In this document: piece after piece, positions 12,662-24,794 of the stretch
Layout of the letters: every line of letters begins with the position of its first letter
Position numbering within the stretch: the first letter of the stretch is position 1
Assembly: GCA_037379345.1 (NCBI GenBank)
Contig: CM074514.1
Span: forward strand, 51,646,001-51,710,000
Direction: 5' to 3'
Source of the DNA: Perna viridis
Taxonomy: Eukaryota
Length of the DNA stretch: 64,000 nt
Notes under the pieces: generated by a model
The model's database searches: none
What the model saw: only the letters and a program-made list of their open reading frames with translations
What the model was told of the DNA's origin: nothing
Translations under genes and position numbers: made by a program

Positions 12662-12990
12662 TTATCTGTAGCCTGAACTTACTCTCTCAAGCTTATCTGT
12701 AGCCTGAACTTACTCTCTCATCCTTATCGCTAGCCTGAACTTACTCTCTCATCCTTATCTATAGCCTGAACTTACTCTCTCGTCCTTATCATTAGCTTGA
12801 ACTTACTCTCTCATCCTTATCTGTAGCCTGAACTTAATCACTCATCCTTATCTGTAGCCTGAACTTACTCTCTAATCCGTATCGTTAGCCTGAACTTACT
12901 CTCTCATCCTTATCATTAGCCTGAACTTACTCTTTAATCCTTATTTGTAGCCTGAACTTACTTTCACATCCTTATCTGTAGCCTGAACTT
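12662..12990. repeat. 31-bp tandem repeat (~10.5 copies) spanning the exon 55 donor
   Basis: Unit ttatctgtagcctgaacttactctctcatcc. Confidence 0.95.
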
Positions 12991-13147
12991 GGAGCACCTC
13001 AGTGAGAACAGGAGCATCTTCACGGACTTTAGCACTGTACTGGGGTAACTGCCAGCTTGGTAGGTTTGGATTCCGTAGTACAGTAATTAAGACTGTACCT
13101 GTTCCTCGCTTGTCTGGACGGTACGTGTCAAAGGCTTCTACAACCAA
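12962..13147 (-). CDS. cadherin exon 55 (linker)
   Basis: LVVEAFDTYRPDK..VLRNPNLPSW..ATDKDVK|gtaagt, 186 nt. Confidence 0.92.
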
Positions 13148-13974
13148 CTACAAATACACATGATACAAATTACTAATATGAGTTAGGCACAGCTTACAAC
13201 CAAGCATCACACTTACCGGTATATAATTTTCTTATGTTTGTAAATCATTGAAAAAAGGGACAACAGCTGAAAGGGGTGAAATAGGATAGGTAAATGGTTG
13301 TCCGTTTTTTTTAAATTTCTCAGTGCACTGTATCTAGACACTATAAATAGTTCTTTATTATTTTTGCTTTGTTTTTGAATTGCATGTTTTAATAATAAAC
13401 CAATTTAAAGACCACTTTTATTTGAATTCACTTTCCTGAACCATTTCTACAGGCCTGTCTGTTATCTATTCTGGTATGACTGAATGCCTGTGGTTAGCCT
13501 CGCATGTGATGCTCTGTAATGTTGCCTTTTGAATAACATATTTTGGTCATTTTCTTGGGGTGCTAATTTTGGCATAATTTAGAGGTATGTCTAAAAATGG
13601 GAAAACAAATTTCTGCAAAATAATTACACATGGCTTCAGTACTTAGTGTTCCACTTTGTATTTGCAAAAAAAATTAGAAATGTCAAAAAATTCTGTATAA
13701 CATTTTCCCTCAAATTCAACAAATTTTACCCCAGCCAAAATAAGCCACCATACAGTATAGTACAGGTGTTAATAATATGTAGAAGTACTGCAGGATGTAA
13801 AAGAATGGAGTATGATAGCATAGATCAGTAAACCAGACCTATTCAAATTCCCCAGTTGCTTCCATTCTGAAAATTTATTCAATGTTGAATCTTTGGTCCA
13901 TGGGGTGGCATAGAATTTGAAATTTGAATCGAACTTAAGGTAACTCGGTTTGGTTATTTATAATAAACTGTTAT

Positions 13975-14341
13975 CACAGAGACAAGTCTCGCCTGTTTCA
14001 TACTGTCAATATAATGGTGTGTTTGTTAAATATCATTTTTTGTGTTGCTTTCATATTTTGTATAATAATATGAAATTATAAAGTTAATAATTTTTTGTTA
14101 CCACTACAAAATGCACTAGATTGCGGGGGTATATGAGTAAAATTTGCATCAATTTGTGATGCAATAATGGAAATACATCTGTAAACCAAATATCATTGAC
14201 TTAGCATAAGGGGTTCATGTTGAAATGAACTTATCAGATAACTTAACATGAAGTTTGTGGATGCCAATGCCAACACTGTCGCCAGAAAATCAAAACCTAA
14301 GTCTCGTCTTTCACGACTTCAATAGCAGGCGAGACAAAAAG
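13975..14341 (+). mobile_element. HINE-like remnant
   Basis: gagacaagtctcgcc 5' motif; 3' hairpin gtctcgtct..aggcgagac followed by A-run. Confidence 0.5.
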
Positions 14342-14374
14342 TCAAGGATGAAAGAGTATGAAGCATATACATAC

Positions 14375-14500
14375 CCTATAAACATCCATTGTGTTATCTT
14401 CTCGTACACTTCTAATTATAGAAACTTCTCCATTGATGGCGTTGACGAAGAAAAGACTGGGAGCTGGGTATTCTCCTATGACATCATACCTGATTTCTCC
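14375..14500 (-). CDS. cadherin exon 54 (core)
   Basis: GEIRYDVIGEYPAPSLFFVNAINGEV..DVYR|gtatgt, 126 nt. Confidence 0.92.
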
Positions 14501-14679
14501 CTGTTAATAGAAAAAAAAGACAAATAATGGCATGGCAGCTTCTTGATTCATGTCAGTTTCACTAGAGACTGTAGCTACATTTTAGGTCATTACCATGATG
14601 GTGATTTATTTCAAGATATCTAAGATGCTATAAATGTATCAATTTCATTGGTGTACTTAATTTTGATACTTCCATGAGG

Positions 14680-15312
14680 GGTGGAAAAGGGGAGACAAGG
14701 GGATAGCCTGACTAATTTGATAGTGAGACGGAAGTCACAGTGGGAGTGGTATTGGCGAAGACAAGGGCACACCCTGACCAATCTGATGGTGAGAGGGACG
14801 TCCCAGTGGGAGTTAGATTGGGGGTGGACAAGGAGATAGCCTGACAAATCTGATAGTGCAAGAAATGGTCACAGTGGGAGTGGCATTGGGGGTGAACAAG
14901 TGGAAAGTCCAACCAATCTGATGGTGAGAGGGAGGTCCCAGGGGAGTGGCATTGGTGGAGACAAGGGCATAGCCTGACCAATCTGATAGTGAGAGAAAGG
15001 TCACAGTGGGAGTGGCATTGGGGGTAGACAAGGGGATAGTCCAACCAATCTGATATGAGAGGGCGGTCCCAGTGGGAGTGGCATTGGTGGAGACAAGGGC
15101 ATAGCCTGACCAATCTGATGGTGAGAGGGAGATCCCATGGGAGTGGCATTGGTAGAGACAAGGGCATAGCCTGACCAATCTGATGGTGAGGATAGATCCC
15201 AGGGGAGTCGGATTGGGAAGAAAAGGGATAGCCTGACCAATCTGATGCATATGGCGCAAGGGAGGTCAAAGAGGGGGTGAGATTGGGGTAGACAAGGGGA
15301 TAGCCTGACAAA
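14680..15312. repeat. G-rich ~65-66-bp minisatellite (~10 copies)
   Basis: Unit gacaagggcatagcctgaccaatctgatggtgagagggaggtcccagtgggagtggcattggtgga. Confidence 0.92.
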
Positions 15313-15472
15313 TGGCTCTGACTGTCTCAATTAAATCTTGTACAGGCCTGGTTGTGAGGGGGTAGGGGTTAGCAAGACATTGGGATTAAAAGTTTGTCAG
15401 GGTGATAACCCAGCTGTTTATCCTGTCAGGGTAGTAACCCATCTGCTTATTCTGTCAGTGGTAACAACCCAC

Positions 15473-15649
15473 CTGTTTATCCTGATCTGTAGCTCTGACT
15501 GTCTCAATTATATCTCCTACAGGTCTGTTTTCATTTATCTGTACTGTGTAGTTCACAAATTGGAACACTGGTGTGTAAAGATCCCTCACTACATCAATGA
15601 GTATGGTAACTGGTACTTGGTTCTTCCCATCAAAAGCTTCTGCTGTTAT
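15473..15649 (-). CDS. cadherin exon 53 (linker)
   Basis: ITAEAFDGKNQV..VVRDLYTPVF..ATDQDKQ|gtgggt, 177 nt. Confidence 0.9.
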
Positions 15650-15891
15650 CTATAAAAAATAAATTAATTAGAGATAACAGATTTTTAACACATCTATATA
15701 AGTGATTACTGTAAAAACATTTTAATTTGGGATTACAGATTGTTTAGTGTTCTAGGAATCCCATTTTCTGTCACCCACCACAGGTGAAATTTTTGCAAGG
15801 GAAATTAAGTAGTTCATTTCGCTCTACACACACTTGAGAGGTTTTTAAGTAGAAAACATGAAAGGATTTGCTAAGTTTATTACAAACTCTG

Positions 15892-16668
15892 AACTTAAAG
15901 TATAACTTGTGACTATGTGTCACTTAAAACTTACAGTATAACTTGTGACCATGTATCAATTATATCTTACAGCCTAACTTGTGGCCGTGTCTCACTAAAA
16001 ACTTAGTCTAACTTCTGACTGTAACTCACTACAAACTTACAGTATAACTTGTGACTATGTCTCACTTAAAACTTACAGTATAACTTGTGACTATGTCTCA
16101 CTTAAAACTTACAGTATAACTTGTGACTATGTCTCACTTAAAACTTACAGTATAACTTGTGACCATGTATCAATTATATCTTACAGCCTAACTTGTGGCC
16201 GTGTCTCACTAAAAACTTAGTCTAACTTCTGACTGTAACTCACTATAAACTTACAGTATAACTTGTGACTATGTCTCACTTAAAACTTACAGTATAACTT
16301 GTGACTATGTCTCACTTAAAACTTACAGTATAACTTGTGACCATGTATCAATTATATCTTACAGCCTATCTTGTGGCCGTGTCTCACTAAAAACTTAGTC
16401 TAACTTCTGACTGTAACTCACTATAAACTTACAGTATTACTTGTGACTATGTCTCACTTAAAACTTACAGTATAACTTGTGACTATGTCTCACTTAAAAC
16501 TTACAGTATAACTTGTGACCATGTATCAATTATATCTTACAGCCTAACTTGTGGCCGTGTCTCACTAAAAACTTATTCTAACTTCTGACTGTAACTCACT
16601 ATAAACTTACAGTCTAACTTGTGACCATGTCTCACTTAAAACTTACAGTATAACTTGTGACCATGTCT
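15892..16668. repeat. 36-bp tandem repeat (~22 monomers, higher-order ~178-bp unit) spanning the exon 52 donor
   Basis: Unit aaaacttacagtataacttgtgactatgtctcactt; variant monomers recur in the same order 4x. Confidence 0.95.
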
Positions 16669-16769
16669 AGTTTTAAATCATTCTGTACAAATATCATTCC
16701 AGACTCAGGATCAAGTGAGAAGAAATCATTGGCAGTAGAGGTTGACGTTATCCTGTATGTAAGGTCATC
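16647..16769 (-). CDS. cadherin exon 52 (core)
   Basis: DDLTYRIT..FFSLDPESGMI..VTSYT|gtaagt, 123 nt. Confidence 0.92.
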
Positions 16770-17064
16770 CTAAAAACAGGAAAAAAACATGTTTAAAAAC
16801 ATAAAACATAAATATACATAAAATTCTACTGTAAAGAGAAAGTGTAATATTGTGGTATGTTGATATTTTCAGGTTTATGTTAATATTTTCTAACTTATTT
16901 GAACTTGTAGGGTACCCAATACTTTTGCACATGTAGAGTAGTGCTTGGTACTATCTGATTTTTTAAAGTATTATAAAACATATTCACAGCGTGTCTATAG
17001 AGTACAAATAATGATTGTATGTGGAAAAAAACAAACCCATGTAGATTGGAAGAACTATACTTAC

Positions 17065-17247
17065 GCCATCTCTATCAGTAGCATTCAATCTAAGTATATT
17101 CACACCAATCTGTGTTGTCTCATTGATGGTTACATTATAGAAGGATTTATCAAACCCAGGAAGATTCTCATTCCTAGTGACAGTAATGTTGACAAAGTCT
17201 TCCACTGTATCCTCCGGGTAAATGGAATCATAAGCCTGTACTCTAAG
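17065..17247 (-). CDS. cadherin exon 51 (linker)
   Basis: LRVQAYDSIYPED..VTRNENLPGF..ATDRDG|gtaagt, 183 nt. Confidence 0.92.
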
Positions 17248-17557
17248 CTAAAATGAAAATATAGTCAATTTATTTCTAGCTGCATGTATATCTACATATG
17301 ATGCCTAACCCATCAAATGCTGTGCTTAAAAAGTATGTGGATGGAATAAAACAGACAAACAGACAGATAGGTGATACCTACACAACTTGTCTGAATGGGA
17401 CTTAAAATACAAAAAGTTGCATTCATAATAGAAGCCAACTATTAAAACACATTTTACTTTAAAATTGATTTGCTTTAAAATTTTAGTTATTGGGATTGTG
17501 TGAAATGTATGATTTGAGTGACAACTCCTTCAATATCAAAATATTATAAAGACTCAC

Positions 17558-17695
17558 AATATAATTTTCTGTTTGTTTATCTGTAGTCAGGTCATTCTTC
17601 AGAATGATACGACCAGCTGGATCTCCTTGGTTTTCAGACAGACCAAAGTAATAGGGAGCAGATCTATCTCCCACAATTTTGTAAACAATCTCTCC
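17558..17695 (-). CDS. cadherin exon 50 (core)
   Basis: GEIVYKIVGDRSAPYYFGL..AGRII..ENYI|gtgagt, 138 nt. Confidence 0.92.
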
Positions 17696-18338
17696 CTGAA
17701 AATAATCAACCATAATAATGAAAACAATTCTTGCCTTGACAGCCAAATAATAAAGTTAATTTTAATTTAAAAAATTTAAAATACCACAATGATATGGAAG
17801 AAAAAAAAAAAAATTGATACATTTTCTATGAATGTTTTCAATCACAATTCTAGTGATCATACCTAAAAATATGTTCAGCACCTGTATTCGTATCACAAAT
17901 CATAAACAAAGATAGAGCTTGCTGAAATTATATTGACTTCTTGTACCACACTAGACTTCTTACAATTAGAGTTATGGAACAGGGTTTTTCTACTAGAAGA
18001 TTTAAGTCAACACTACAAAAGTTTTATGATCATCATCATAAACTCGAACTTGTACATTGTTACAGTGTATCCATCTACACAATGAAAACCAATTTGTTTA
18101 CTATGTCATAGTTTTCCTTTCATCCTTGTTTACTACAGAAGTGACATGTACTCGGTAGGCGTTTCTAGATATGCAGAGAATGCTTACCCTACGAGTTCAC
18201 CTGCTTCATGCTCACAAATAAAACCTGATCATTACAATAATTTTCCATTAAACAAATGAAAAACAGTTCCTTGATTCAGAATCCGTATAAAGTAAACCAT
18301 TAATCCTAAAAAAACATTTTTGTTCTTGCTTTTTATAC

Positions 18339-18527
18339 CTGTTTATCTGGATCAACAGCAGACAGTGTGAAGACTGACAAAGACACAGCAGTATTTTCTG
18401 ACATGATCTTTGTGTATGGTGTGCCTTCAAACTTTGGTGGTTGTTCATTACGGTTGACAGTTATTTGTACATCTCCAATAACACTTTTCTCAAATCTTCC
18501 TGCCTGATCACGGACCAATATCTTCAT
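18339..18527 (-). CDS. cadherin exon 49 (linker)
   Basis: MKILVRDQAGRFEKS..VNRNEQPPKF..AVDPDKQ|gtataa, 189 nt. Confidence 0.92.
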
Positions 18528-18656
18528 CTGAAAAGATTATTCATTTTCTGTAGAATAAATTACCATCTATTTCTATGTTATATATAATACTATCAATTCT
18601 GAAAAGATTGTGACCATTTATTAATGAAATTTTGAGGCTCCATAGGAAGGTTATGC

Positions 18657-18866
18657 TACTGTGAGAGTACTTTAATTCATGGATACCAATTTTCATGGAT
18701 TAGGGAAGAAACACAAGTTTGTAGATTCTTGAATTTGTGGATTTGAGGCTTTCAGTATACACATCAATGGAAATCTCCTTTTCGATGGGAACCAAATTTC
18801 ATGGATTGGCCTTCCAATGAAAACAACGAATACTGGTACCCCTCGAAAAATAGTACTTTCACAGTA
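18657..18866. mobile_element. Tc1/mariner-like MITE
   Basis: TIRs tactgtgagagtact / agtactttcacagta (TA ends); similar to 50096-50287. Confidence 0.75.
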
Positions 18867-19915
18867 ACTAGCTTCTGACATACATCATGTACATGTGAAC
18901 TTCCTGCCGGTAGGATTAAAAAATCTCTCATTTTAATAGGCTGTCTCTCACCTTCCTCTTAAGAAGATCAAACTGTTGTAAAGACGAACAAATTGTAAAA
19001 ATAAAAACTCAGGTTAATGTAAAAAAAATAACAAAGGTATTAAAACTAGCTTATTTAAACGCAAATTAACTTTTTTTTTTTTAAACAGCCAATAGTATGA
19101 TAAAGCAATTAAACTGGGTGTGATCCTAACCTCGAACCTTGTTGACCTGGATTAGCCTATGGTAAATACCAGTTTTGCTAAGCCAACCACAATAAATTAA
19201 TTTCCATTTTTACTCATTCTATAGAGGACTTGGTATTCACCTTGGGGGATTCCAGTTCAACATGGTTAGAACATCTGGTCAACTTGCTATAACTGACAGG
19301 TGATGAGTTGAAATTTTCTAAACTTAGTTTATGTATAAGACACTCTCTATTTAACTTTCAATCAGAATATCAGAGTACAACTTTTCAGAAACCTGCAAAT
19401 CTGATATCTGTATAACTTCTGACAAAAAAAATTTTAAATTTCCTGATCTAATTTCGAAGTTTATCACATGTATGATAAGAAAATATCTCATGTTTTTACT
19501 GCAAAATTACAACCTTTAGGGACAAGCAATATACAAATTATAATACTAAACAGAACGGACAATACAACTACATATATAAACAAAATTCAAACAAATACAG
19601 AAATTGAAAAAAATGATAACACTATTATAAACTTGTCTGACAGGTCCGCTGTTCTTAGTTCTAATGACTTTTTAAAGAAGACTCCAACAATGATTTACAA
19701 GTTCAGGGGTAGGGATAAAAATAAAAAACTACTTTTTCTATTCCATCTGAACTTTTAGAGGATGGAGAATCGTCATTGATTAATTCAAGGAAATATATTC
19801 TTTATTCGGAATTAACTGAGCAATCAAAATGAAATGAGATTCATCATCAACCCTGTAGATAGATCATTCTTCTCTGCATCTTTAAACCCAATCTGTCCCT
19901 AAAATCATTACTTAC

Positions 19916-20059
19916 ATTAAACTGTTTAGTTTTTGTTGCATCAGTCCTTAAATCTTGAGTGACAGTAATGCTACCATTATCTGGATGTACTGCAAAGTAC
20001 TGTAGACCTCTGTCAGAGTCTGATGTGCCATCAGAGATCAGTTCATATCGTAACTTATC
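19916..20059 (-). CDS. cadherin exon 48 (core)
   Basis: DKLRYELI..YFAVHPDNGSI..KQFN|gtaagt, 144 nt. Confidence 0.92.
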
Positions 20060-20224
20060 CTGCAATAACAATAACATACATTAACATAAACAATTTTATC
20101 TTCCTACTCACTTTATGAAAATTACACCCAGGTCTGCACTTCAATTGAAGGCGACATGCCCATCTTGGCTTTTCATTAATATTAAGCCCAGATCATCACT
20201 TTGTGGGCAACTAAGAATTATGCG

Positions 20225-20590
20225 GAGCTTGGCATTTCATGGATAATCATGCCCAGCTTAGCACTTCAGGTCAATTATGCCCAGCTTAGCACTACATGGA
20301 AAATCACACCCACCTCAGCACTTATTGGACAATCATGTCCACCTTGGCACTTTATGGATAATCATTCTCAGCTTAGCACTTCAGGTCAATTATGCCCAGT
20401 TAGCACTTCATGGATAATCATGCCCAGCTCAGCACTTATTAGACAATCATGCCAAGCTCAGCACTTCATGAACACTCATACCTAGCTTCACACATCATGA
20501 ATAATCTTGTCCAGATTCATACTTAATGGACAATAATGCCAAACTTCAACTATGGACAATTATGGCAAGTTTGGTACTTTATGGACAATG
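20225..20590. repeat. Degenerate ~28-29-bp minisatellite
   Basis: cagcttagcacttcatggataatcatgcc-like units. Confidence 0.8.
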
Positions 20591-20926
20591 CTAAATGGTT
20601 ATTTTCATAGAGTTTGATCAAGTAAAGATTGCATGCAAATGTAAGCTGAAATATTTAAGGATTTTTGTCATGTAAAAAATACTCGTACAAGTCAGCAAAA
20701 AGGCTTTTTCTGTTAACTGGGTACACACAGATAGCAATTTTCAAAATTGTGTGAAAATTAATGATTTTTCCACTATATACACACATCAGGCTTCTTACTT
20801 TGTCTACTTATAGATTGCATGTTATAATAGTAACTGGATAGCTGGATTTTTGAAAAATTCCAAATTTGAAGGACCAGTATAAGGATTTTACAGATCAGGA
20901 CCTATAATAGGATGTATGTTACAAAC

Positions 20927-21109
20927 CTTGTCCAAGTCTGTGGCTGTAATGTTCAATACATTATTACTAATAGGAACATATTCCCAGATATTTGTACTGA
21001 ACAACCGACGATTTAATGATGGAGCGTTGGGGTTGTGTTTGACATCGATGGTGACAGTTGCTGTTGATGTTTTACCCAAAGATCCAGGGTTTGTAGCAGT
21101 TACTACAAG
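20927..21109 (-). CDS. cadherin exon 47 (linker)
   Basis: LVVTATNPGSLGK..VKHNPNAPSL..ATDLDK|gtttgt, 183 nt. Confidence 0.92.
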
Positions 21110-21910
21110 CTGAAATTCAAATCATTTGAGATCATTGGAATGAAAGCATCAAATGTGATTTCAGTTTTGTTTTTGGCAGATCTTAAATGCATCAAAGGAA
21201 GAAAAACTTCAGCAATAGAGTAGACCCTTGATTTAACTGATTTTTCATTGCCTTAACCTTATTTTGTCGATTTCAGATGTTTGTCCACTATTACCAAGTT
21301 GTCTGCTGCGCTTACAGCATGACACTTCGATAAAAATGATTGATTTCATCCTAATGTCAATAGTGTATGACAATGTTGGTCATTAATGTATCTTTCATGT
21401 CATTTTTTGCTTTTTTAGTTAATTTTCAAGAATTATCATCATTACATTGGATTTTATTAATTTTATTGTCAGGGTCTTTCAGAGTGTGTTTACTGAAGAC
21501 CTTTGGTGATCTCTGTATTTACTATTTTTATAAATATTATATGATGGTACATTTGTTGTGTTTTACCATATCTGTTCCTTTTTCTGTTGACAAGTAGTCA
21601 TTTCTTTTACTTGCCTAGTTTACGGACACAACATATTACAGGAAAACAAGCTAATGAATTCCAATATTTTCAGAAGTCACACTTTCTCTTAAGAGTCATG
21701 TTCTGAGTAGAATTAGCATCACAATTTTTTAAATTATTTAGCATATTTGATTAAACAGAGGATTACACTTACTATTCTGCTTGTGTGCAGCCCCTAAAAG
21801 TTTAGTATATTTGATTAAACAGAGGATAAGACTTCCCACCCTCAATGTGTGCAGCCCCTCAAATTTTAAAGTATTTTGTATTTCAAATATAGATAACCAA
21901 ACAGACTTAC

Positions 21911-22033
21911 TAAATATCTCGTCTCCACATCTTCTGTTAAATCATTCCTAACATATATACGTCCACTGGTATTCTCAACTCTGAAGTAGTATGGTGCCTG
22001 TAGAGAACCAGCTACTCCATATATAACAGGTTG
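21911..22033 (-). CDS. cadherin exon 46 (core)
   Basis: QPVIYGVAGSLQAPYYFRVENTSGRI..TRYL|gtaagt, 123 nt. Confidence 0.92.
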
Positions 22034-22165
22034 CTGAAGAGACAGAAAAAATTTAACTGAAAACAATATCTTGGCTCCATGTGTTGGGTTTTTTTTTTAC
22101 CTTTTTTTAGAGCAAATTCGATAAAATCATAATCAAAAGAAGATTTTTTCTCATTATTAAAAAGT

Positions 22166-22343
22166 AAAAAAAAGCAGCTTCACCATTCAGGGAAAAAAAA
22201 AGCAGCTTCACCATTCAGGGAAAAAAAAAGCAGCTTCACCATTCAGGGGAAAAAAAAGCAGCTTCACCATTCAGGGAAAAAAAAAAGCAGCTTCACCATT
22301 CAGGGAAAAAAAAAAGCAGCTTCACCATTCAGGGAAAAAAAAA
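22166..22343. repeat. 6 copies of gcagcttcaccattcaggg + variable poly(A)
   Basis: Directly visible. Confidence 0.95.
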
Positions 22344-22975
22344 AGAGTTGAATGAAATGTTTACCTTCTACATTATTTTTCATGAAAACCAAAAAACGAA
22401 TTTGGAACTAATTGCTTAAAATTTTCATTTCAATCTGAATAGGTTTTTAACTTGTTCTGTCAACATCCTAAATTGAGAGAGTAGTCATCATGTGACACTG
22501 TGCACATACTATACTTCATGGCATATTAACTTCTGCCACATTCAATCCTGGTAAAAGTACCTGTGAAATCTGTGAAATTTGATTATCACACAACAAAAGA
22601 ATAGCTTTTTTTCCTCAAAATCTGCAATATTAATACTTACGAACAAGTTTATTTGACTAAATCTGCAAATATGTTTACAGTATTTGAAAATATCACAACA
22701 AGGTATTTCTTAAAGACTAAACTGAAAATGTGACAAGGTATCTTGTCAATTTCAGACACAGAATCAATCACTATTCCAAGCAACAGTAATCTGTCTTGCA
22801 TTGGAAAGATTTTAAATCAATATGTTGATTTAACAGTCACATGGTGAAGTTAAATACATGACAGATTTGGCAAATTTTTACCCTGTAAATGTTCTAGTCT
22901 ACATGTACTTCTAAGTTCTAAAAAGATGGCAATCAGCGACTTAATTTATTCAAGATTTATTATTGTATTGCCAAC

Positions 22976-23155
22976 CTGATCTGGATCTTGTGCTAAGACT
23001 GTGAAGATAGGATTTGGTCCATTGACTGGTTCTTTCTCCTGAATTTCCTTGTAGTAAGGCTCTCCACTAAATACTGGTGCCTGGTCTCTTTGAATGGTAA
23101 TAAGAACAGGACAGGATGCTGATTGACCAGCATTATCAGAGGCAATAACATCAAA
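22976..23155 (-). CDS. cadherin exon 45 (linker)
   Basis: FDVIASDNAGQSASC..IQRDQAPVF..AQDPDQ|gttggc, 180 nt. Confidence 0.9.
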
Positions 23156-23737
23156 CTGAAAAAATAAACATGTCATACGTTATACATCTCACCCTTTCTT
23201 GTCCAATTAAAAATCTAAAAGTGCTAAGGCCCCATAACTCTAAAAATGATAAGAAAACTATAACAGTTTCAAAATGTATGATTGCTTGATTGATTGTTGT
23301 TAATATCTAATGGCTGTTATTTCATGCCGGAATAAACTGGACACCTGTATCAATTAAATAGATGAATATAATGAGAATATGTATAGTGAATATGTCAAAG
23401 AGACAACAACCCCACTGGTCTTCAATGAATGGCATGGAAACCCTCATACCACAGGGCAGGCTGCTTATATCAAACCCTGTACAGAGTGGACACCCACCTG
23501 TATCAACCAAACATCTTAAGTCTGCTTATATCAAACCCTGCACAAAGTGGATGCCTGTATCAACCAAATCCCTTCTGAAGTTCTCCCAAATCAAACCATA
23601 AACAAAGTGGGCACCTTTCTCGAGTTAACATCTTCCAGAGAATCTGTGTCTCAATTGCAACTAAACCTGTGAAAACTGAGCACCTCCTATTGAAAATCCT
23701 TCAATCTGATAAAGGTACAGTCAAGAGAGGTACTTAC

Positions 23738-23869
23738 ATTGAAGCTATTTAGAATCGTTTCTGTAAAAAGTCTCTTAGAAGTTATGACTCCATTTTCTGG
23801 ATTTATGTATAGGAAGCTTCTTTCAGTGACATCTGCTGTATTGGTGTCAAAGGAATAAGTAATGGTGTC
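23738..23869 (-). CDS. cadherin exon 44 (core)
   Basis: DTITYSFD..FLYINPENGVI..NSFN|gtaagt, 132 nt. Confidence 0.92.
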
Positions 23870-24611
23870 CTAAAAATAAAGATTAGCTAAGGATATTAAA
23901 AGGGTGTCTATGCAAAAACCAGGCAGTGGGTGGCACATGACAAATTTTGTTTTCAAAAAAATTTCACCCATTCCAAAACTCAAAGTTAAATGTTGGTTTT
24001 TTGATTCATTTCAATTATTAAAGATAAGTAACTTACATAAAAAGCATTGAAATTTATTGAAAAAAAGGGAGAAAACTCTTTCATTTGAGCAAAATTTGGT
24101 TGCTTTGTAAGGGAACTTTAAATGCATTTTCATAGCCATCCATTGTAAATTTAAAACAAACTTCGTCCTACTTGACAGACATATGGTATATACATAATAC
24201 TTTGCAACAAAAATTCAGTGGTATCAAATTTACCCTAAGGCACCCGTATTATAGGATCTTTAGACGGACAGCCTCTTAAAGAGGTTAGAGGTTGTTACAG
24301 TAAAAATTTGTCTGTTGGGTGTAACAGTAAAAATTGTTCAAAAAAAAAAAAACCTAAAAAAAACTTTTTATTTCTCACATTCAAAGTTTAGCATGTTGTG
24401 GAAATGTGGTATTCTAACTGCATTACTGTGATATGTGCATTTGGTCAGGGAAGGACAAACATTTAAAATTTCATATCAGGACTTGAATGAAATTATCTGA
24501 CAACAAAGTTTTTTTATAAATATAAACTTCAGTTTCGGATCAAGGAAACATTAAGTTTGCCCCTTTTAGGTTAATGATGACCAATTATAGCCTGGAACCT
24601 CTATAACTTAC

Positions 24612-24794
24612 CCCATCTGCATCAGTAGCATTCACATCAGTGATAACAGAACCCAGACCAAGATTCTCAGACGGACTGGCCTGGAATGCTGTTCGTGTAC
24701 ATTGAGGTGTACTGGGGTTCCTATTGACAGAAAATGTGGCAGTACTTGTCACTCTGTCATCTGGGTACATGCTGTCATAAACAACTACAGCCAA
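24612..24794 (-). CDS. cadherin exon 43 (linker)
   Basis: LAVVVYDSMYPDD..VNRNPSTPQC..ATDADG|gtaagt, 183 nt. Confidence 0.92.

Noticed and set aside
14620-15330. Overlapping minus-strand ORFs of 75-199 aa
   Set aside because: Open in all frames because the G-rich minisatellite lacks stops; no domain and no fit to the exon alternation.
15892-16668. CRISPR-like appearance of the 36-bp repeats (also 22166-22343)
   Set aside because: No unique spacers, no cas genes, and a eukaryotic intron context.
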